DNA from: the human T2T-CHM13v2.0 reference genome, Homo sapiens
NCBI RefSeq assembly: GCF_009914755.1
Contig: NC_060925.1
Reading direction: 5' to 3' (one strand)
Length of the DNA stretch: 64,000 nucleotides
In this document: piece after piece, positions 46,834 through 64,000 of the stretch
Layout of the letters: every line of letters begins with the position of its first letter
How positions within the stretch are numbered: position 1 is the stretch's first letter
The notes under the pieces: generated by a model
Told to the model about the DNA's origin: nothing
The model's database searches: none
The model's input: the letters and a program-made list of their open reading frames with translations, nothing else
Translations under genes and position numbers: made by a program

Positions 46834-47370
46834 AAAAGCCATGAATGTCTGAAACCTATATAAGCCAAGGTGTTCCCTGCCTAAACCTAATGCTGTTCCC
46901 CACAAAGGATAAGCTAGTTGATAAGTTACCAAAGTTGCCATTTTAGAGATGGAAATTGACTGAGGAGGGAAGGTCTTTTATTGGAGAGTATATAGTATGA
47001 GCAGATCATTCTGTCTCAGAGGGGTTAATTCCTGAAATTAGACAGAAGACCCTTTTCTTTCCAATAATGAAGTTATAAATATCAGCTTGTTGAAGCCACT
47101 GGCTGAGGTATTGGGGAAGGGGAAGAGGGTGGTAGAGGAGATAAGACAGTAGGGAAAGACAAGAGCCCATACTCTTAGTGGGGAGAACTCTTGGAGCAGT
47201 TCTCTTTTTGGATCTTTGAACTCTGAAACCGTTGGCGGCAGCGTTCAGTCACTGACAGCACAAGTTCCACTGAATTGATTCGAGTTGAGTGATTTCAAAA
47301 GCCTTGGTCTCAGGAGATTTAACTTTCCTACTGGGCAGTGGTTCACTTTAAAACACAAAAAAACAAATAA

Positions 47371-48083
<713 letters not shown>

Positions 48084-48240
48084 CTAGACTTGCATCTAGA
48101 ACTACATTGTAAAATCTTTTTAGGCATGTGTTAGATTTCTGTGAAAACTTTTTTTAAATGTAAACTTCATACCACGCTGTCAGTTTTTGTCTTAATAAAA
48201 CTATAGGTTTATTAAAAGAAAAAAAAAAGAATGTGAAAGA

Positions 48241-50171
<1,931 letters not shown>

Positions 50172-50349
50172 TTATTTATTCATTTATTTTAATAACATCA
50201 ACAGGGAAGAAGGAAACTCATTTTAAAATAAAGACACAATCAACCCTGTGTGAAAACTTGAAAAAATAAAATAAAGGCACAAATAGAATAAAAGTAGAAG
50301 AATATAAAATAATACAACATAGTAACAAAAAACAAATGAAAGCTGGAGA

Positions 50350-61198
<10,849 letters not shown>

Positions 61199-61625
61199 TG
61201 TTAAAAGAAAAACTTCAGCTGAATTAAATTTAAAGGAGTTTAACTGAGCAATGAATTATTTGCAAATTGGGCAGCCCCCAGAATCACAGAAGATTCAGAG
61301 ACTCTTGGGTTGCCTTGTGGTCAGAATAAATTTATAGACGAAAAAGGGAAGTGATGTACAGAAATTGGGAGAGAAGTACAGAAACAACTGGATTGGTTAC
61401 AGGTTGGCTTTTGCTTTATTTGAACACAGTTTGAACACTCAGCAGTCTATGAGTGGTTGAAGTATAGCTACTGGGATTTGCCAATGCTCAGCTATTGTTA
61501 CAGGTGCATACTCCTAAATTAGGGTTTCAATCTTGTCTACCTATTAAGTTAGGTTATAGTTCGTCCACAAATACTCAAATATAGAAGTCTGGAGTCCTTC
61601 TCAGGCCACATAGTTTCCTTTAACA
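61199..61625 (-). mobile_element. MER57 5' LTR
   Basis: Minus strand TGTTAAAGGAAACTATGTGGCCTGAGAAGGACTCCAGACTTCTATATTTGAG...TTTTAACA. Confidence 0.85.
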
Positions 61626-61725
61626 ATATATACTATTACATAATACATAATATGTATAAAAAATATATAAAATGTATATTTTATATATAAATAAATATAT
61701 TATATATAAATAAAAAATATATATA
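61626..61725. repeat. AT-rich (TA)n-like low-complexity tract
   Basis: Nearly pure A/T. Confidence 0.85.
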
Positions 61726-61779
61726 GGGTTTATTTTGTTCTCTCTTTTTGTTCTCTCTATAGAGAGAGAACAAAACAAC

Positions 61780-64000
<2,221 letters not shown>

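Overview
This is primate DNA, most likely human or great ape, because it carries an SVA element. It is very repeat-dense: roughly 70 Alus plus L1, L2, MIR, MaLR/ERVL/ERV1 LTRs and Tigger/Charlie/MER DNA transposons. I find no intact protein-coding gene. Almost all ORFs in the supplied track are Alu, SVA-VNTR, low-complexity or decayed-transposon translations. There are four main structures. (1) A near-full Tigger2 fossil (2698-5323) whose 3' end appears lost at an Alu lacking a target-site duplication (TSD). (2) A minus-strand SVA (8511-10940) with a perfect 17-bp TSD. It lacks the hexamer head and instead carries ~287 bp of non-SVA sequence joined at the SVA Alu-like AG splice acceptor, the signature of a spliced 5' transduction (exon trap). 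(3) A full-length processed CBX1 (HP1-beta) pseudogene (44573-48226) inside an old L1. It was later invaded by an ERV3-like solo LTR, by a short retrocopy of an unrelated mRNA 3' end, and by two Alus. (4) A MER57 provirus remnant (54068-61625, minus strand) with a 5' LTR and Leu-tRNA primer-binding site (PBS) but no 3' LTR. Smaller rearrangement scars include a 42-bp locally templated insertion, micro-retroinsertions and repeated reuse of the same L1-endonuclease target sites. I do not see evidence of a new functional biological system; the most novel items are the captured sequences, whose donor loci I cannot identify. Repeat family names come from recalled consensus motifs, not from a database run, and boundaries without a cited TSD are approximate.
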